Origin: Ranitomeya imitator
Lineage: Eukaryota
Length of the DNA: 64,000 bases
Direction of reading: 5' to 3'
NCBI RefSeq assembly: GCF_032444005.1
Contig: NC_091288.1
Span: 218,054,001 to 218,118,000, forward strand
Part shown: piece after piece, positions 57,812-64,000 of the stretch
How positions within the stretch are numbered: position 1 is the stretch's first letter
Layout of the letters: every line of letters begins with the position of its first letter
Position numbers and translations under genes: made by a program
The notes under the pieces: generated by a model
The model's database searches: none
What the model was told of the DNA's origin: nothing
What the model saw: the letters and a program-made list of their open reading frames with translations, nothing else

Positions 57812-60800
57812 CCTGATATTACACCCATACAGCTACCCCTGATACCACCGCCACATGCTGCAGGGTTATTACTCCTGATATTACACCTATACAGCTACAC
57901 CTGATACCACCGCCACATACTGCAGGGTTATTACTCCTGATATTACACCTATACAGCTACACCTGATACCACCGCCACATGCTGCAGGGTTATTACTCCT
58001 GATATTACACCTATACAGCTACACCTGATACCACCGCCACATACCGCAGGGTTATTACTCCTGATATTACACCTATACAGCTACACCTGATACCACCGCC
58101 ACATACTGCAGGGTTATTACTCCTGATATTACACCTATACAGCTACACCTGATACCACCGCCACATACCGCAGGGTTATTACTCCTGATATTACACCTAT
58201 ACAGCTACACCTGATACCACCGCCACATACTGCAGGGTTATTACTCCTGATATTACACCCATACAGCTACACCTGATACCACCGCCACATACCGCAGGGT
58301 TATTACTCCTGATATTACATCCATACAGCTACCCCTGATACCACCGCCACATACCGCAGGGTTATTACTCCTGATATTACACCCATACAGCTACACCTGA
58401 TACCACCGCCACATGCTGCAGGGTTATTACTCCTGATATTACACCCATACAGCTACACCTGATACCACCGCCACATACCGCAGGGTTATTACTCCTGATA
58501 TTACACCTATACAGCTACACCTGATACCACCGCCACATACTGCAGGGTTATTACTCCTGATATTACACCCATACAGCTACACCTGATACCACCGCCACAT
58601 ACTGCAGGGTTATTACTCCTGATATAACATCCATACAGCTACCCCTGATACCACCGCCACATACCGCAGGGTTATTACTCCTGATATTACATCCATACAG
58701 CTACCCCTGATACCACCGCCACATACCGCAGGGTTATTACTCCTGATATTACACCCATACAGCTACACCTGATACCACCGCCACATACCGCAGGGTTATT
58801 ACTCCTGATATTACACCCATACAGCTACACCTGATACCACCGCCACATGCTGCAGGGTTATTACTCCTGATATTACACCCATACAGCTACACCTGATACC
58901 ACCGCCACATACCGCAGGGTTATTACTCCTGATATTACACCCATACAGCTACACCTGATACCACCGCCACATACTGCAGGGTTATTACTCCTGATATTAC
59001 ACCCATACAGCTACACCTGATACCACCGCCACATACCGCAGGGTTATTACTCCTGATATTACACCCATACAGCTACACCTGATACCACCGCCACATGCTG
59101 CAGGGTTATTACTCCTGATATTACACCCATACAGCTACACCTGATACCACCGCCACATGCTGCAGGGTTATTACTCCTGATATTACACCCATACAGCTAC
59201 ACCTGATACCACCGCCACATACCGCAGGGTTATTACTCCTGATATTACACCCATACAGCTACACCTGATACCACCGCCACATACCGCAGGGTTATTACTC
59301 CTGATATTACACCCATACAGCTACACCTGATACCACCGCCACATGCTGCAGGGTTATTACTCCTGATATTACACCCATACAGCTACACCTGATACCACCG
59401 CCACATACCGCAGGGTTATTACTCCTGATATTACACCCATACAGCTACACCTGATACCACCGCCACATGCTGCAGGGTTATTACTCCTGATATTACACCC
59501 ATACAGCTACACCTGATACCACCGCCACATACCGCAGGGTTATTACTCCTGATATTACACCCATACAGCTACACCTGATACCACCGCCACATACCGCAGG
59601 GTTATTATTCTTGATATTACACCCATACAGCTACACCTGATACCACCGCCACATACTGCAGGGTTATTACTCCTGATATTACACCCATACAGCTACACCT
59701 GATACCACCGCCACATACCGCAGGGTTATTACTCCTGATATTACACCCATACAGCTACACCTGATACCACCGCCACATACCGCAGGGTTATTACTCCTGA
59801 TATTACACCCATACAGCTACACCTGATACCACCGCCACATGCTGCAGGGTTATTACTCCTGATATTACACCCATACAGCTACACCTGATACCACCGCCAC
59901 ATACCGCAGGGTTATTACTCCTGATATTACACCCATACACCTACACCTGATACCACCGCCACATACCGCAGGGTTATTACTCCTGATATTACACCCATAC
60001 AGCTACACCTGATACCACCGCCACATACCGCAGGGTTATTACTCCTGATATTACACCCATACAGCTACACCAGATACCACCGCCACATACTGCAGGGTTA
60101 TTACTCCTGATATTACACCCATACAGCTACACCTGATACCACCGCCACATACCGCAGGGTTATTACTCCTGATATTACACCCATACAGCTACACCTGATA
60201 CCACCGCCACATACTGCAGGGTTATTACTCCTGATATTACACCCATACAGCTACACCTGATACCACCGCCACATACCGCAGGGTTATTACTCCTGATATT
60301 ACACCCATACAGCTACACCTGATACCACCGCCACATACCGCAGGGTTATTACTCCTGATATTACACCTATACAGCTACACCTGATACCACCGCCACATAC
60401 TGCAGGGTTATTACTCCTGATATTACACCCATACAGCTACACCTGATACCACCGCCACATACCGCAGGGTTATTACTCCTGATATTACACCCATACAGCT
60501 ACACCTGATACCACCGCCACATACCGCAGGGTTATTACTCCTGATATTACACCCATACAGCTACCCCTGATACCACCGCCACATACCGCAGGGTTATTAC
60601 TCCTGATATTACACCTATACAGCTACACCTGATACCACCGCCACATACTGCAGGGTTATTACTCCTGATATTACACCCATACAGCTACACCTGATACCAC
60701 CGCCACATACCGCAGGGTTATTACTCCTGATATTACACACATACAGCTACACCTGATACCACCGCCACATACCGCAGGGTTATTACTCCTGATATTACAC

Positions 60801-63800
60801 CCATACAGCTACCCCTGATACCACCGCCACATACCGCAGGGTTATTACTCCTGATATTACACCTATACAGCTACACCTGATACCACCGCCACATACCGCA
60901 GGGTTATTACTCCTGATATTACACCCATACAGCTACACCTGATACCACCGCCACATACCGCAGGGTTATTACTCCTGATATTACACCTATACAGCTACCC
61001 CTGATACCACCGCCACATGCTGCAGGGTTATTACTCCTGATATTACACCCATACAGCTACCCCTGATACCACCGCCACATACCGCAGGGTTATTACTCCT
61101 GATATTACACCTATACAGCTACACCTGATACCACCGCCACATACCGCAGGGTTATTACTCCTGATATTACACCCATACAGCTACACCTGATACCACCGCC
61201 ACATACTGCAGGGTTATTACTCCTGATATTACACCCATACAGCTACACCTGATACCACCGCCACATGCTGCAGGGTTATTACTCCTGATATTACACCCAT
61301 ACAGCTACACCTGATACCACCGCCACATACTGCAGGGTTATTACTCCTGATATTACACCTATACAGCTACACCTGATACCACCGTCACATACTGCAGGGT
61401 TATTACTCATGATATTACACCCATACAGCTACACCTGATACCACCGCCACATACCGCAGGGTTATTACTCCTGATATTACACCCATACAGCTACACCTGA
61501 TACCACCGCCACATACCGCAGGGTTATTACTCCTGATATTACACCCATACAGCTACCCCTGATACCACCGCCACATACCGCAGGGTTATTACTCCTGATA
61601 TTACACCCATACAGCTACACCTGATACCACCGCCACATACCGCAGGGTTATTACTCCTGATATTACACCCATACAGCTACACCTGATACCACCGCCACAT
61701 ACTGCAGGGTTATTACTCCTGATATTACACCCATACAGCTACACCTGATACCACCGCCACATACTGCAGGGTTATTACTCCTGATATTACACCCATACAG
61801 CTACACCTGATACCACCGCCACATACCGCAGGGTTATTACTCCTGATATTACACCCATACACCTACACCTGATACCACCGCCACATACCGCAGGGTTATT
61901 ACTCCTGATATTACACCCATACAGCTACACCTGATACCACCGCCACATACCGCAGGGTTATTACTCCTGATATTACACCCATACAGCTACACCTGATACC
62001 ACCGCCACATACCGCAGGGTTATTACTCCTAATATTAACCCATACAGCTACACCTGATACCACCGCCACATACCGCAGGGTTATTACTCCTGATATTACA
62101 CCCATACACCTACACCTGATACCACCGCCACATACCGCAGGGTTATTACTCCTGATATTACACCTATACAGCTACCCCTGATACCACCGCCACATGCTGC
62201 AGGGTTATTACTCCTGATATTACACCCATACAGCTACACCTGATACCACCGCCACATACCGCAGGGTTATTACTCCTGATATTACACCTATACAGCTACC
62301 CCTGATACCACCGCCACATGCTGCAGGGTTATTACTCCTGATATTACACCCATACAGCTACACCTGATACCACCGCCACATGCTGCAGGGTTATTACTCC
62401 TGATATTACACCTATACAGCTACACCTGATACCACCGCCACATACTGCAGGGTTATTACTCCTGATATTACACCCATACAGCTACACCTGATACCACCGC
62501 CACATACCGCAGGGTTATTACTCCTGATATTACACCTATACAGCTACCCCTGATACCACCGCCACATGCTGCAGGGTTATTACTCCTGATATTACACCCA
62601 TACAGCTACACCTGATACCACCGCCACATACTGCAGGGTTATTACTCCTGATATTACACCCATACAGCTACACCTGATACCACCGCCACATACTGCAGGG
62701 TTATTACTCCTGATATTACACCTATACAGCTACCCCTGATACCACCGCCACATACTGCAGGGTTATTACTCCTGATATTACACCCATACAGCTACACCTG
62801 ATACCACCGCCACATGCTGCAGGGTTATTACTCCTGATATTACACCTATACAGCTACACCTGATACCACCGCCACATACTGCAGGGTTATTACTCCTAAT
62901 ATTAACCCATACAGCTACACCTGATACCACCGCCACATACTGCAGGGTTATTACTCCTGATATTACACCCATACAGCTACACCTGATACCACCGCCACAT
63001 ACTGCAGGGTTATTACTCCTAATATTAACCCATACAGCTACACCAGATACCACCGCCACATACCGCAGGGTTATTACTCCTGATATTACACCCATACAGC
63101 TACACCTGATACCACCGCCACATACTGCAGGGTTATTACTCCTGATATTACACCCATACAGCTACCCCTGATACCACCGCCACATGCTGCAGGGTTATTA
63201 CTCCTAATATTACACCCATACAGCTACACCTGATACCACCGCCACATACCGCAGGGTTATTACTCCTGATATTACACCCATACAGCTACCCCTGATACCA
63301 CCGCCACATACTGCAGGGTTATTACTCCTGATATTACACCCATACAGCTACACCTGATACCACCGCCACATACTGCAGGGTTATTACTCCTGATATTACA
63401 CCCATACAGCTACACCTGATACCACCGCCACATACCGCAGGGTTATTACTCCTGATATTACACCCATACAGCTACCCCTGATACCACCGCCACATACTGC
63501 AGGGTTATTACTCCTGATATTACACCCATACAGCTACACCTGATACCACCGCCACATACCGCAGGGTTATTACTCCTGATATTACACCCATACAGCTACA
63601 CCTGATACCACCGCCACATACTGCAGGGTTATTACTCCTGATATTACACCCATACAGCTACACCTGATACCACCGCCACATACTGCAGGGTTATTACTCC
63701 TGATATTACACCCATACAGCTACACCTGATACCACCGCCACATACCGCAGGGTTATTACTCCTGATATTACACCCATACAGCTACACCTGATACCACCGC

Positions 63801-64000
63801 CACATACTGCAGGGTTATTACTCCTGATATTACACCCATACAGCTACACCTGATACCACCGCCACATACCGCAGGGTTATTACTCCTGATATTACACCTA
63901 TACAGCTACACCTGATACCACCGCCACATACTGCAGGGTTATTACTCCTGATATTACACCCATACAGCTACACCTGATACCACCGCCACATACTGCAGGG
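57812..64000. repeat. 62-bp satellite array (~100 copies, runs off the window end)
   Basis: Unit gcagggttattactcctgatattacacccatacagctacacctgataccaccgccacatac(c/t), highly homogeneous. Confidence 0.97.

Noticed and set aside
61911-63095. Hydrophobic repeat ORFs (MGVISGVITL...)
   Set aside because: Translations of the 62-bp satellite, opened by single-base variants.

Overview
This is eukaryotic genomic DNA, very probably from a frog (anuran), judged from intron-rich vertebrate genes and the repeat types. It holds three host genes of the human 16p11.2 neighbourhood: PAGR1 (- strand, 3 coding exons), KIF22/Kid (+, 13 coding exons) and MAZ (+, two alternative last exons). They sit in dense transposon and minisatellite DNA. 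The stand-out feature is an apparently intact ~10 kb PIF/Harbinger transposon (260-10307; ~55-bp TIRs, TTA target duplication) that splits a Tc1 transposase gene. Besides the expected DDE transposase and MADF/Myb partner gene, it carries two further, divergently transcribed, paralogous multi-exon genes. Each encodes an N-terminal Myb/SANT-like domain, repeated basic/Ser-Pro-rich exon modules and a C-terminal coiled coil, giving a four-gene layout (-> <- | -> <-). Other features: a hairpin element whose 5-nt loop took a stack of nested insertions (MITE, two head-to-tail Helitron-like elements, solo LTR); an L2 LINE with a 60-bp 3'UTR segment amplified ~23 times; a truncated Gypsy element; a second Tc1 copy; and several satellites. 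All exon models and family names come from manual reading of splice sites, reading frames and motifs; no database search was run.
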